Of a stretch of DNA of 64,000 nt, positions 27,087 through 49,939 are shown one piece after another. The notes under the pieces are model-generated. The model worked only from the letters and a program-made list of their open reading frames with translations. It was not told the DNA's origin and ran no database searches. The stretch lies in NCBI RefSeq assembly GCF_009914755.1, contig NC_060940.1, one strand, 5' to 3'. The number at the start of each line of letters is the position of its first letter. Position 1 is the first letter of the stretch. The DNA comes from the human T2T-CHM13v2.0 reference genome, Homo sapiens. A program made the position numbers and the translations under genes.

Positions 27087-27209
27087 ATCCAGCTCCCGCA
27101 GCAGCAGCTCAATCTGGTACCGGTCCTTGAAGTCAGGGCCATACTTCTGGTTCAGGTCCGAGTCCACCTTGCGCAGCAGCTCCTGAGCGTCCTTCACGTC
27201 TTCGTGAAA
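27087..27209 (-). CDS. PPL: PPL exon 10: FHEDVKDAQELLRKVDSDLNQKYGPDFKDRYQIELLLRELD
   Basis: ccctag|TTT ... GAT|gtgagc; 123 nt. Confidence 0.95.
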
Positions 27210-27809
27210 CTAGGGGAGAAGGTGGCTCTGTTACAGCCAGGAAACCACTAGAAGCACCTGGGCTTCTGTCGGAGGCTTCAAGCTCATCCCTCAGGCGGGG
27301 CTGGGCCTCCGGTTCACCTGGAGTCCAGCATGGGACCCTGTGCTGAGCCTGAGGCTCCTCTGCGTGGAGACAGCCCCACCCTCCCTGAGCTGGCTCCTTA
27401 GGGGCCTCACTGGGAAAAGCCAGGTCCCTTCCCACCCATCCATGAGATGCCACCTCTGTGACATGTTTTCTTGGATGTATCAGTAAGTCTTGAGGTGTCT
27501 TTGATTCAGTTCCTCTCTCTCTACTAGGAACATCCAGACTTAATACTATAGCTTCTTTCTAGGTTTTGATAATAGCCTCCCCTTTTTGTTCTCGAAAATT
27601 CTCTTGCCCATTCTTCAGTCTATCAACTCTTGGTTCACTGTCAGCTATCCCCTGGGCTGAGCACCTGGGCTGCAGCCATAAACAGGACCTGAAGCCCCCA
27701 CTGTGCGGCTCAGACAGGGAATGAGGAGTGACACGGCGTCGCCCACATCCAGCTTTCCCCAGACACCTCAATCCTAAGAATTACCCGCAGCTTCTTAAGA
27801 ACTCTCATT

Positions 27810-28540
<731 letters not shown>

Positions 28541-28545
28541 AAACT

Positions 28546-28845
28546 GGCCGGGTGTGGTGGCTCACACCTGTAATCCCAACACTTTAGGAGGCCGAGGCGG
28601 GAGGATCACCTGAGGTCAGGAGTTCGAGACCAGCCTGACCAACATGGCGAAACCCCATCTTTACTGAAAATACAAAAATTAGCTGGGTGTGGTGGTGGGC
28701 ACTTGTAATCCCAGCTGTTCAGGAGGCTGAGGCAGGAGAATCACTTGAACCCAGGAGGTGGAGGTTGTAGTGAGCCGAGATGGCACGACTGCACTCCAGC
28801 CTGGGTGACAGGGCAAGACTCTCTCAAAAAAAAAAAAAAAAAAAA
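28546..28845 (+). mobile_element. Alu (AluS-like)
   Basis: GGCCGGGTGTGGTGG...poly-A. Confidence 0.93.
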
Positions 28846-29163
28846 GGCAAATTTTGTTTTATGTATCTGCATGTATATTATAGATTTTACCAAAATTAAA
28901 ACCCTACACACTCACCCTGGGCCCCATGTGACCTGGGGAATCAGACTCTGGCCCTGGTCCCCAGGGAAGTTGGACAGGGGCCGGCAAGCTTGGGACATGT
29001 CTGCACACGCCATCAGAAGCACGGGTGCTGGGGGCCTGGGATGGCTGCCCCGCAAGGCTCCTGGACCAAGGAGCACGAGGCCACACATGAGCCAGGTAGG
29101 CACTGAGCGCTCTCAGAGAGTAGCACCCCCGGTGCTGGGGGGACTCCCAGGAAAGGTAAGTAC

Positions 29164-29259
29164 CTGGTGGTAGTCCTCCATGTACTTGAGGTGGCTCTCC
29201 TCGCAGATGAGCAGGTTCAGGTACTCCTTCCAGTCTGCGTGCACAGCCTCCATGTGCGC
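29164..29259 (-). CDS. PPL: PPL exon 9: [32 protein letters not shown]
   Basis: tggcag|GCG ... CAG|gtactt; 96 nt. Confidence 0.95.
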
Positions 29260-29439
29260 CTGCCAGGAAGAGAAGGGGCCGGTCACCACTGGGCAGGTAC
29301 TGCAGACACCAAGGGAGGGACTGCTGGGATATTGGGCTGGGGCATGGCGGGGGAGGGAGGCATCTGGCATCTGTCTGGGTGTGGCTACCACAGGGGTAGC
29401 CAGCTTCTGCTCAGGAGTGGGAGGAGGAGAGAGGGGTCA

Positions 29440-30275
<836 letters not shown>

Positions 30276-30501
30276 GACCCCACAGGGGCTTCAGAAGTCC
30301 AGGGGCTGAGGGCAGAAGTGTCAACGGATCAGGATAAATGGAGGAGGCAGAGTCAGACACAGCAAGAAAGAGACAGACAGACACAAGATGCAGCTTGCAG
30401 GACCCCCAGCTCCGGGGTCTGCCCGAGCTCCAGGCGGCCCACAGGCAGCGGCCAACCAGAAGCCACCCTGGGGGAGGTGTCTGGTCTCGGGGTGCATGAA
30501 C

Positions 30502-30609
30502 CTCAATGGAGTTCCTCCCGGGGTGCTCGGCCGCCAGCAGCTGGTCGCCCTCGCTGTGCAGTTTGTTGATTCTCTCCTCTTTGGCCTCCAGGTTCCGGTT
30601 GATGAAATT
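30502..30609 (-). CDS. PPL: PPL exon 8: NFINRNLEAKEERINKLHSEGDQLLAAEHPGRNSIE
   Basis: ctgcag|AAT ... GAG|gttcat (weak donor); 108 nt. Confidence 0.94.
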
Positions 30610-30711
30610 CTGCAGTGGGGGGCAGTGGAGGGGCCTCAGTGCCCAGCCTGGCGGTCCCGTGCTCCTTCCAGGGCTGCCTCCTCCCTGATGCCCCAGGCCC
30701 CCAGAACCCAC

Positions 30712-30873
30712 CTCATACTGGCGCCGGCGGCTGGGGTAGTCGAGGTTGCGGTCACTCCAGTCGTACTGCATGCGGCCCTTGGCCTGCTGGTCCAGCCAGT
30801 ACAGCTCATTGGTGCAGCGCTGCATGTAGTCCTGCAGCGAACTCAGGTGCTGCTGCCGGGCCTGTGATGCTGC
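30712..30873 (-). CDS. PPL: PPL exon 7: AASQARQQHLSSLQDYMQRCTNELYWL...RRRQYE
   Basis: cttcag|GCA ... GAG|gtgggt; 162 nt; spectrin-repeat-type ELYWL and YDWSD motifs. Confidence 0.96.
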
Positions 30874-30951
30874 CTGAAGGGGCCGGGGCAAGGAAAGGGC
30901 TGCGTCCTCAGCCCGCTGCCACTGCTCGCTTCCTTCCCTACCTCCTGCAGG

Positions 30952-31040
30952 GCCCAGCTATGGCTGGCCTGAGGACAAGCCCAGCTATGGGTGGCCTGAG
31001 GACAAGCCCAGCTATGGGTGGCCTGAGGACAAGCCCAGCT
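30952..31040. repeat. 27-bp minisatellite, ~3.3 copies (GCCCAGCTATGG[C/G]TGGCCTGAGGACAA)
   Basis: Units at 30952, 30979, 31006 and a partial unit at 31033. Confidence 0.95.
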
Positions 31041-31798
31041 TAGCCACGTCCAGGCCAGTCCCCCTTAGACAAGTCACCTGAACCCCTGAAACTCATTCAT
31101 TCATTCATTCATTCAGTAAATGTTTACTGAGCATCTACTACATGCTGGACATGGCTCCAGACACTGGGGATACAGCAAACGAAACACACAAAACCCTTAC
31201 GGAACTGACATTTTTGTGAAGGCTTAGTTCGCCCATCTGTAAATGGGGAAGATGACAGTCCTGACCTCACAGCGTACAGAGACTGGCATATAGTTGGTGC
31301 TCAACAAATATCAGTAACTATAGCTTCTACTTTTATCTGTATCATGATCGTCTTATAGAGGGCTGGAAGGAAAGCACCACTGTACGTCTGAGAAGCGGGT
31401 GTGCAAGGGAAAGGAGGGATGTTTGCATTTTGGTACGTGGGGCCCTCCACGCCTGATGAACTTCTGCAACATTGACTCATTTCATCCTCAAAGCGACCCT
31501 ATGAGACAGGAACATGTAGGAGCTCCATTTCTCAGATGAGGAAACTGAGGCTCCCGGAGGCTAAGTAACTCGCTCAAGGTGTCACCACTAACACTAAGGA
31601 GCAGAGGAAGCATGGCTCCTTATAGCGACACAATGCTGCCTCTGTATTCTCTGTCTGAAACATTGGCAACAAGGAAGCGTTTGCATAACACTCATGCAAT
31701 TTTTAAAAGAATGCATTCTTTAAAGGTTTGGGAAGGAAAATGGAAAGCTTTTGTATAGAAAGCAAGTGGCATCATACTTGGCACACAGCAGATAATAA

Positions 31799-32253
<455 letters not shown>

Positions 32254-32353
32254 GCCTATGTCATTTTTAAAACAATACATCCTTGTCCCCCCGACTCCAA
32301 GCTTCCCATCCTCTCCTCTCCCCATGAGGCCTTTCCCCCAGGGAGCTCCTCAC

Positions 32354-32395
32354 CAGCAGTTTCTGGTACTTGGCCCGGAGTTCGCTGTTCTGCTC
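32354..32395 (-). CDS. PPL: PPL exon 6: EQNSELRAKYQKLL
   Basis: cctcag|GAGCAG ... CTG|gtgagg; 42 nt. Confidence 0.93.
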
Positions 32396-32487
32396 CTGAG
32401 GACAGAGCCGAGGGCATGGGTCAGGGCCAGGAAGCAGGCGCGGCCCCCTCCATCCCTGGGTCCCCACCACACCAGCACACGCCCCAC

Positions 32488-32613
32488 CTTGTCCCCGTCC
32501 TTGGCCAGGTGGGGCCCGATGGCCTTGACCTCATTGTGGAAGATGTTATGCTCCTCCACTTGGTGGTCCACCAGCGGCAGGTCAGTCCCAAAGCTCTGGT
32601 TGTTCAGCTTGTC
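32488..32613 (-). CDS. PPL: PPL exon 5: DKLNNQSFGTDLPLVDHQVEEHNIFHNEVKAIGPHLAKDGDK
   Basis: ggccag|GAC ... AAG|gtgggg; 126 nt. Confidence 0.95.
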
Positions 32614-32908
32614 CTGGCCAGGAGGGCAGAGAAGCAATAAGGAGAGGGTGGGCTGAGGGCTGGGGACGTGTGGCCACCCCAGGAGCCTCGGGGGTGGGCA
32701 TGATGGTGCTCTCTTTTTCACGGGGCCCTGCAGAGCCACAAGGAGATGCTGGCCACACCTTCAACCCTGAGGTTCTGTTTGCTGAGCACTGACCTATATC
32801 ATCTTTCATCTCACAGAGCCTCAGGGGTCCACATGGTTACTGTCCCATCTCTCAGATGAGGACACAGAGGCTGAGGCTGAATGAGGGCCAGTCACCTGCC
32901 CAGGGTCA

Positions 32909-33633
<725 letters not shown>

Positions 33634-33926
33634 TCACCAAGACCCCAACATGCCAGGGTTGGAAAGTGGGACCCAGGAGCAGCAGCGAGGTGTGGCTGAC
33701 AGGGGACAGAGTCCGAATCTCCACCGCTTGAGCTGTGTGACCCTGACTTCGTGCTGCACTTCTCTGAGCCTCACTCTTCTCATGGGCACACTGGAAAACC
33801 ATCAGGACCACGACTGTCTCCCTGGTAAGACCCGGGATGCCCATTACATGGGTAGGCTCTCCCTGCACACGCACAGCCCCCTCCCCAGCTGAAACCCTGG
33901 AGCCAGCGGCCCCGTCCAGGCCATAC

Positions 33927-34047
33927 CAGCTTCTCCTCCACCAGTGCCGCCCAGTTGACCTGTGGATCCACTTCCTTCACCGCCAGCCTGTAGATCTGCT
34001 TGTGTTTCCCGCGCAGGTTGGTCACACGCTCCTTCAGCTGGCGGATA
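33927..34047 (-). CDS. PPL: PPL exon 4: IRQLKERVTNLRGKHKQIYRLAVKEVDPQVNWAALVEEKL
   Basis: catcag|TATC ... CTG|gtatgg; 121 nt. Confidence 0.95.
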
Positions 34048-34212
34048 CTGATGGGAGAGAGGCTCCCACTTAGTGGGGCTGGTTGGCACTGCCTGCACCC
34101 CAGGAGGGGCCCCCCACGCAGACCCCGGCCTCAGTGTCCTGGAAGGACACAGTGACCATATGGCCTTGGGTTCCAGACAATCACAGCATCCTCTCACCCC
34201 TCCTCCCATGCA

Positions 34213-34508
34213 CTTTTTTTTTTTTTTGAGACAGAGTCTTGCTCTGTCACCCAGGCTGGAGTACAGTGACGTCATCTCAGCTCATGGCAGCCTCCGCCTC
34301 CCAGGTTCAAGCAATTCTCCTGCCTCAACCTCCCGAGTAGCTGGGATTACAGGCATGTGCCACCTCGCCTGGGTAATTTTGTATTTTCAGTAGAGACGGG
34401 GTTTCACCATGTTGGTCAGGCTGGTCTCGAACTCCTGACCTCAGGTGATCCGTCCGCTTCGGCCTCCCGAAGTGCTGGGATCACAGGCGTGAGCCACCGT
34501 GCCTGGCC
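34213..34508 (-). mobile_element. Alu (AluS-like)
   Basis: Alu consensus match. Confidence 0.93.
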
Positions 34509-34881
34509 CCACCCACTTTCCCTCAACCTTCCTTCCCCCATCAGTTTCCTGAGGGCCTACTATGTGCCAGAATGATAGAAAGTTCTGGAATAAGCAGGAA
34601 AGATCTTGTTTTCTGGAGTCTGCCATCCAGCAGGGCCCACAGTGTGGTGCATGCCATGCCAAGGACAAGTGCCAAGGGTCGTGGGGCACCGAGAGAGCCC
34701 TGCCCTTGCCGGGGTGGAGATAGGGCATGGGACAAGGCAGGAGTCAGGGGGGCTGATTCATCCACGATAAAATGAACTGGGAGTCGTGAGCCAAGGAAGC
34801 CAGGGACAGGGCACCAGGCAGCGGAAGAGCTCGCTCAAAAGCTCACAGGTCAGGCTGGTGGCTCCAGAACAAGGGATATCA

Positions 34882-35296
<415 letters not shown>

Positions 35297-35405
35297 TTAG
35301 CCCTTGATAACCCCTGACTCGGGCTCCCAAATGCTGAACAGGACCCCCCGCCCTGGCCCATAGCCCCCAATGGCTCCCCTGGGGTAAGAAGCAGAAGGGA
35401 CCTAC

Positions 35406-35560
35406 TCCTCGGCGATCATGTCCCCCTGTGGGTGCTTCATGTGCTTGGCAATGGCCGCATCCGCCTCTAGCACATAGAGCAGCTTCTCAGAGTCCAACAC
35501 CTTCTGCAGGGTCACGTCCCGGTGCTCAGGCTGCCGACCCTCCTGCAGCCGAGCCAGGTC
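35406..35560 (-). CDS. PPL: PPL exon 3: DLARLQEGRQPEHRDVTLQKVLDSEKLLYVLEADAAIAKHMKHPQGDMIAE(D)
   Basis: tcacag|GAC ... GAGGA|gtaggt; 155 nt. Confidence 0.95.
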
Positions 35561-37342
35561 CTGTGAGGGTCACAAGAGAGGGGACAATGAACAGGAGCCG
35601 AGAGCGGGCACGGTGGCAATGGGAGGGGTGGGAGGAAAGGGGTCAGCAGGGTGCTCCCCTTCTTTCCCTTTGAATAACGTCTTCCAGGCTTGTCCATATG
35701 GAGCGCAGTCGGTAGTTCCATCTCTTTGCTGCTACGTGGTATTTCTCAAGTTCACTTTGCAAAGCAGGTATTTCTCTTATGCCCCCTCCAGCCTGTCCTC
35801 CAGCCACTCAGCAAACAGAGCTCAAGTACCTACTGTATGCAAGGAGTTGGGACACAGCTGTGAACAGAAGAGACATGGCCTCCCTGCCTGGCACTCACAA
35901 CCCAGTCTGCGAGGCCACCAGGAAGGCCAGTCAAAGGATGAGCCTCATGGAGGTGACTGCAAGTCCCTCCAAGTCAGTGTTTATGAAAGAAATGCTCCAG
36001 AGGTGGAACGAGGGGACCTACTTCAGCTCTGGTGGTCAGGGAAGCCTCTCTGTGGTGGAGACACAAGCTAAGAACAAAGGATGAAAGGGACAGTGTTCCA
36101 GCCACAGGAACAGCCTGTGCAAAGGTCCTGAGGCAGGAGAGAGCGAGCTACGACTGGGCCATAGTGAAAAGGTCTCTGTGGATAGGGAGGAAACAGGGCA
36201 GGCGGGGGGCGGGGAGGGTGAGCAGCTAGAACACACAATGGCTGCAAGGAGGGATCCTGCACAGCTCCATTTGTGCTTAAAGGCGATGCCTCCAGGGGCT
36301 CTGCAGAGAGGACAGCAAGGGTGTGGGCTGGGAGGGCAGGCAGTGGTCTGTGGCAGCAGCCAGGTGACAGCGAGGTGGCACCAGCAAGAAGGAACAGAGC
36401 CGGGGGGATATCTGGAAGGGGCCGTCGATGGTTGCTGATGAGTACAGGGCTTCTGTTCGTTTAGGGAAGAGCAATGAATGGCAGCCGGGACAGTAGGTTT
36501 CTAATCACAGCGGGTTAATTCACTGTGTCAATATTCAAGAAGTCTGGCTGTGAGTCTACACCATGCTAGGTCCTGGGGATGAATCCCTGAGGGATCCCCA
36601 GTCCCGCAGGGGAGGCAGTGACATGTCACTGAGGGGAATGAGTGCAGGTTGGCTGACGCTGGGGCACTCAGAGCCGGCCGCCGGTCCCTTCCCCTAGCTG
36701 GGTCTCAGCATTCCCATCTCTATAATGGGCATAAGGAAAATACCCGCTTATGAAGTGAACTGAGAAATACCACTTAGCAACAAAGAGCAGGAACTACGGA
36801 CCGTGCTCCATCTGAACAAGCCTGGAAGACGTTATTCAAAGGCAAAGAAGCCAGACAGAGCCCACATGGTGTGGGATCCATTGATGTGAAGTGTCCCGAA
36901 CAGGCAAGTCCAGAGAGATAGAAAGTCACTGTCTCTTAAGTGGTTGCCTGGGGCAGGGCTGGGAAGAGGCATTAACAGTAAATAGGCACAAGAGATCTTG
37001 CACGGGATGAAAATATTCTGAAACTGATTCATGGGCGTGGTTCTGCCCCTTGCTAAAGTTACTCAAAATCATTGACTTGTACACTTGCAGTGGGAGCCTT
37101 TTTTAAGTGAAATATGTCTCCATACAGTTGTTTTTTAAAAAGAAAAAGCAAAAGGAAGAAAAACGAGAAATACACAGGGGTGACGTGGTGCCTGGTACGA
37201 AGTAAAGACTTGGCTTCTTCTTGGAGGAAGAAAATGTGTCAAGAGTGCCTTTGCCTGGCTAAGTCTGGAAGGGCTGAAGGGTGAACAGGCCTGACTCCCC
37301 AGGGGGTTGGAGATGAGGCTGATGTCCCGAAAAGCCGCTGGA

Positions 37343-41230
<3,888 letters not shown>

Positions 41231-41257
41231 TGGTCCCACTTCTTAGTCGCCCCTGCA

Positions 41258-41443
41258 TAGGGATGCCAGATGAAATACAGATCACCACTTACACTTGATT
41301 TTCAGATAAACAATAAATAATGTTTTAGCATAAGCCTTTCCCTAATAACACATGGGCTTTCCTGCTACTAAAACATGATTTGTGTTCTGAAATTCAAATG
41401 TAACTGGGCATCTCATATTTTATTTGCTAAATCTGGTAACTCC
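41258..41443. mobile_element. MER53 palindromic hAT-type MITE
   Basis: TIR-like ends TAGGGATGCCAGAT / ATCTGGTAACTCCA; internal inverted arms TTTTCAGATAAAC...ATGTTTTAG vs CTAAAACAT...TCTGAAATTCAAA. Confidence 0.8.
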
Positions 41444-42096
41444 ACCTGCAGGCCGATGCTGGCACCATCTCTGTCACTGACTCATCATCCCAGCCCCTTC
41501 TAAACCTCAGTTGCTCCAGGGTACAAAACAGGCATCAACCCAATCGCACCGGGCTGGCGCTGGTGGAAGGTTTAAAGAGAAGGTGACCATTCCAGCGGCT
41601 CGTGAGTCCCTCAGGGTACAGAGGCTTCATGCCGTTGAGTCCACTGGGCAGTTGTTATCCCCATGTTACAGAAAGGGAAACTGAGGCACAGAGAGGGGAA
41701 AGTGATTTGCCCAGCTATTTTATCTCTCTTCTCCAAAAAAGGTGGAGAAAGACCTGCACCCTGAGTGCTGGCAGCAGTAGGATGAGCAGTGAGAATGATA
41801 TTGACGATAATAGCCCTGTCCTATACCTGCATAATCTCATTTAATCTTTACAACCACCCCGCCAAATGGGAACCATCACTCCTGCCTGCTTAGAGAGAAT
41901 CTCGTTCATGGGGAGGTGGGATGGCTCACTTGTCCAAGGTCACCCAGCAAGGACAAGGCTGGGCTGTTTCCATAGAGCCTGACCCCATGGCACTCCTCCA
42001 GGCAGGAGACGCTTTCCACAGGGCCCAGGAAGAGGGAGGAACTTAGTATCCGGGAGGTACTAGTATTAACGACAATGGCCAGGTTCCTCTCACAGA

Positions 42097-42272
42097 GCAG
42101 GGCTTCCTGACCTTGGCACCCCTGCCCTACAGTGCACGGTAGGGTGTTCAGCAGCATCCCTGTCTCCCCTCCCCAACTGGACGCCAGGAGGACCTTCCTT
42201 CCAAGCAGTGACAACCAAAATGTCTCTGCATGTTCCCTCGGGGCCACAATCACCCCTGGGTGAGAATCACCG
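42097..42272. mobile_element. MER20 DNA transposon fragment
   Basis: GTTCAGCAGCATCCCTG...GTGACAACCAAAATGTCTC...GAGAATCAC. Confidence 0.7.
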
Positions 42273-42349
42273 ATTCCAAACAGATCCTGGTCCTGAACAG
42301 GGCTGGCAGCACGGGGCACCCAGGTGGGAGTGGGAGTGGGGGCACTCAC

Positions 42350-42449
42350 ACTCTGCATCTTGGCCTCTGTGTCCACGATGTTCTTCTCCACCTGGTCGGC
42401 ATTCTTCTGCAGCTGCTCGATCAGCTCCGAGAGCTCCTTGTTAGAGATG
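42350..42449 (-). CDS. PPL: PPL exon 2: (S)ISNKELSELIEQLQKNADQVEKNIVDTEAKMQS
   Basis: ccgcag|CATC ... CAGAGT|gtgagt; 100 nt; within ORF 41906..42598. Confidence 0.95.
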
Positions 42450-42583
42450 CTGCGGGCAGAAGCCGAGGGGAGATGGGCGGGGTGCCTGGTGGGTGGGGGC
42501 TGTGTCCCCACCAGCACCCCATCCTCTGGCTGGCCCCGGCCCCACGCTCTGAGCAGGAGCTGCCCACAGAGCCTTTGAGGTAG

Positions 42584-44692
<2,109 letters not shown>

Positions 44693-47489
44693 CTACTGCC
44701 CCCCGTCCCCCAGAACCACAGACAGACCACTCTGGAAAATGCTCTAATGGGAGTTAGTTAAGACTTTGGCCCTGGGGTTAGCTGTGGGTTCAGATCTTGG
44801 CTCCCATCAGCCACTTAGTGGCTGTGTGACTTGGCCCAGCTCCCTTGCCTATCTGTGCCTCTGTCTCCCAATCCGATGGACTAGAGTAACAGTCCTTTCC
44901 CGGGGCCAGGGTGGCAGGGGTTATGAATGGAAGTGAGGTTACACTACCAAAGGACCGTGCATAGAGCCGGGCACAGAATAAGTCTGAACAAAGGTTTGTG
45001 ATTTTAGTTGTCAAGGAGCCTTAGAGATCACCCAGCTCTGCCTCTGTGGTTTTGAGACCGAGTCTCACTCTGTCACCCAGGCTGGAAGTGCAGTGGTATC
45101 ATCTTGGCTCGCTGCAACCTCCACTTCTTGGGGTCAAGTGATTCGGCTGCCTCAGCCTTTTGAGTAGCTGGGATTACAGGTGTGAGCCACCATGCCCAGC
45201 CTCCTTCTGTTGTTTTCTTTAAACAAAGAAAGAAAGGGAAACCAACTTGGCCATTGTCACCCAGTTAGCCAGCGATGATAGCTCCCCTGTCTCCACTGAA
45301 GACCCACAGTGGGGCCTGAGTGGCTAGGCACGCAGAAGTTGCCTTCTACTCACACTCATTAAGCACCTGCTGTGTGCGGGCCCTGCACCTCACAAAGACA
45401 AGCCTCTCCCTCCCTGATCCACCCCACAGACCAGGAGGAAATCAGTATTTATAGAAACAGTCACGAGACTGAGGCAGGCCTGGAGGCTGGGGATGCCCAG
45501 GGGAACCTCTGGACTGGCTGGGTGGGGACAGCGGTGGTCACTGAAGGCTTCCTGGAGGAGGTGGTGTCGGCTGTGTGCTAAAGCAAAAGGAAGAATTTGG
45601 TGTTCCTGTGCAGAAGGCTCCAATGAGGACACGCCATAGAGAGAGGCAGGTCCTGGCACGTCCCGTGGGGTGGGCCAGGGCGGGGTTCTTGACCGTCAAG
45701 GCAGAGGGGACCACCAGCCCTTTCGAGTGATGCTCCCCAGGTCAAGGTTCTGGGGCCTAGCATGAAAAATTCAGATTCCCGGCCACTAACCCAGACCTGC
45801 TGAACCCAGGTCTCCAGAGCTGGGCCCAGGAAGCTGTATTATTATTACTATTTTTGCAGGTTCCCCAGGGTACCTGGACACCTACCGGAGTCATGGACCA
45901 GCAATGCAGGTGCTGTTGATGTTGGGGGCATTGGGGGCAGAAATGGCAGCAGCCAACATGCTGGGGATCCATCCGTCTAGGTTCCACACCTTGCTTAAGG
46001 GCCAGCTTTGTGGCAGACCTGGATACACCGGAGCTGGGGGATCTTGAGGGAACAGGACCCAAGCCATACCTTCTGCAAGGTCAACTGGGGGCAGCCTGTC
46101 CCAAAGTGGGGTCCCAGGAACCCAACTCTTACAAGTCTTATTCTTCCTTGGTCAAGGCACTTAGGAAAACCCCATCCTTGATATGTTCATGAGCCAGCAA
46201 AGGCACTGACAAGTCCTGCAGTGGAGAAAGCCAGTGTTTGGCGGGGTGGCCAGGAAGGCTTAGCAGTGGGGGGCTTTGGATGGAGGATCTCGGTAAGAAG
46301 GGATAAGGTGGGCTTCTAGAACAGCCAGGTCAGGGGTCCACCCGACTCCTCCCTCATTCCCTAACCCCCCACTTCCTGGTTGGGCAGGCCACATGGAGAA
46401 TGTGAGTTTCTGGGCCCCCACACTCCCACCCCAGTCACTGACCATCTGCCAGGCCAGCTGCACCTAGAGGCGGTGAGTCTCACCCCAAATATTTAACCCC
46501 TGACTCTGCAGTGCATCGTTAGGGTCTGTACTGTGGCTCAAGTGGGGGCCTTTGTCTCTCTTGGGCCCAGTCCCACCTCAGGCACAGGGCCAGCTCCCAA
46601 ACCAGCCCTTTCATGGATTGTGGCAGATGCAAGAAAAGCCACCTTCTGGACTCTATCCTGGCTGGGCCTGTTGTTCCAGCCGAAGCCCCCCAGAGGACAT
46701 GGGAGTTGTGGGGCAATGACCACTGCCTCAGGGACCTTGGACTCCTGATGGGACAAAGCTGTGAGCGGTAGCAGGAAGCTATGAGCAGACAGGCCAGGCC
46801 CAAGGCCCACTGGGCTGCTTGCTGCTTAGACAGCCTCAGGCAAGTGCCCTACCCTCGTACAGCCTCCGCTTCTCCATCTGTCCTCTGGCGATGACCACAA
46901 AGGCATCCTGGGCATTTGCCACTTGCTGTGGGCTTTGCCAGACCTCAGACATATTCACAGGCACCAGCTCAATATCATCCTTGCCCTAAGTCCCCGGGGA
47001 GGTTGGTGTGCCCCTTTGAAGAAGGGGATGAAGAAACCAAGACTCTGAGACATCAAAGCACTTGCTCAGGGTCACACAGCTGGTGAACCGCGATTCTCCC
47101 CGCAAGCAATCTCACTCCAGAGGCATGTGATCGACTGGGCTAGAAGTTACTCATGGGGATGCTAGGAAAATCACACCAATAACAATCTCCACCATCGTAA
47201 TATGAGCTAATACTTACTCTCTACGTGCCAGGCTCCTCACTGTTTCTGACTCAATCTTCATGACAACCCTGAGAGCTGGGTGATAGCATGGTAGGTAATT
47301 GTATTATTATCCCCGTTTATGGGTGTGGAAACTGAGGATCAGAGAGGTTAAATAACTCTCCCAAAGTCACCCAGCAATTAGATGGCAGAGCCAGGACTCT
47401 AGGCCCTTAACAATTCCATGTGACGATCTTACAGGGCTCCCAGCACACAGTAGGTACTTCACAGATTAATTTAAAATGCCAAGAGCCCA

Positions 47490-49939
<2,450 letters not shown>

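Noticed and set aside
29152-29167. Perfect + strand donor AAG|GTAAGT overlapping the PPL exon 9 donor (- strand reads CAG|GTACTTACCT, like the U1 5' end)
   Set aside because: Only a 4-5 bp hairpin is possible and no antisense exon is evident; likely coincidence.
30952-31040. 27-bp direct repeats superficially resembling a CRISPR array
   Set aside because: Head-to-tail units without unique spacers, in a human intron, with no cas genes; it is a minisatellite.
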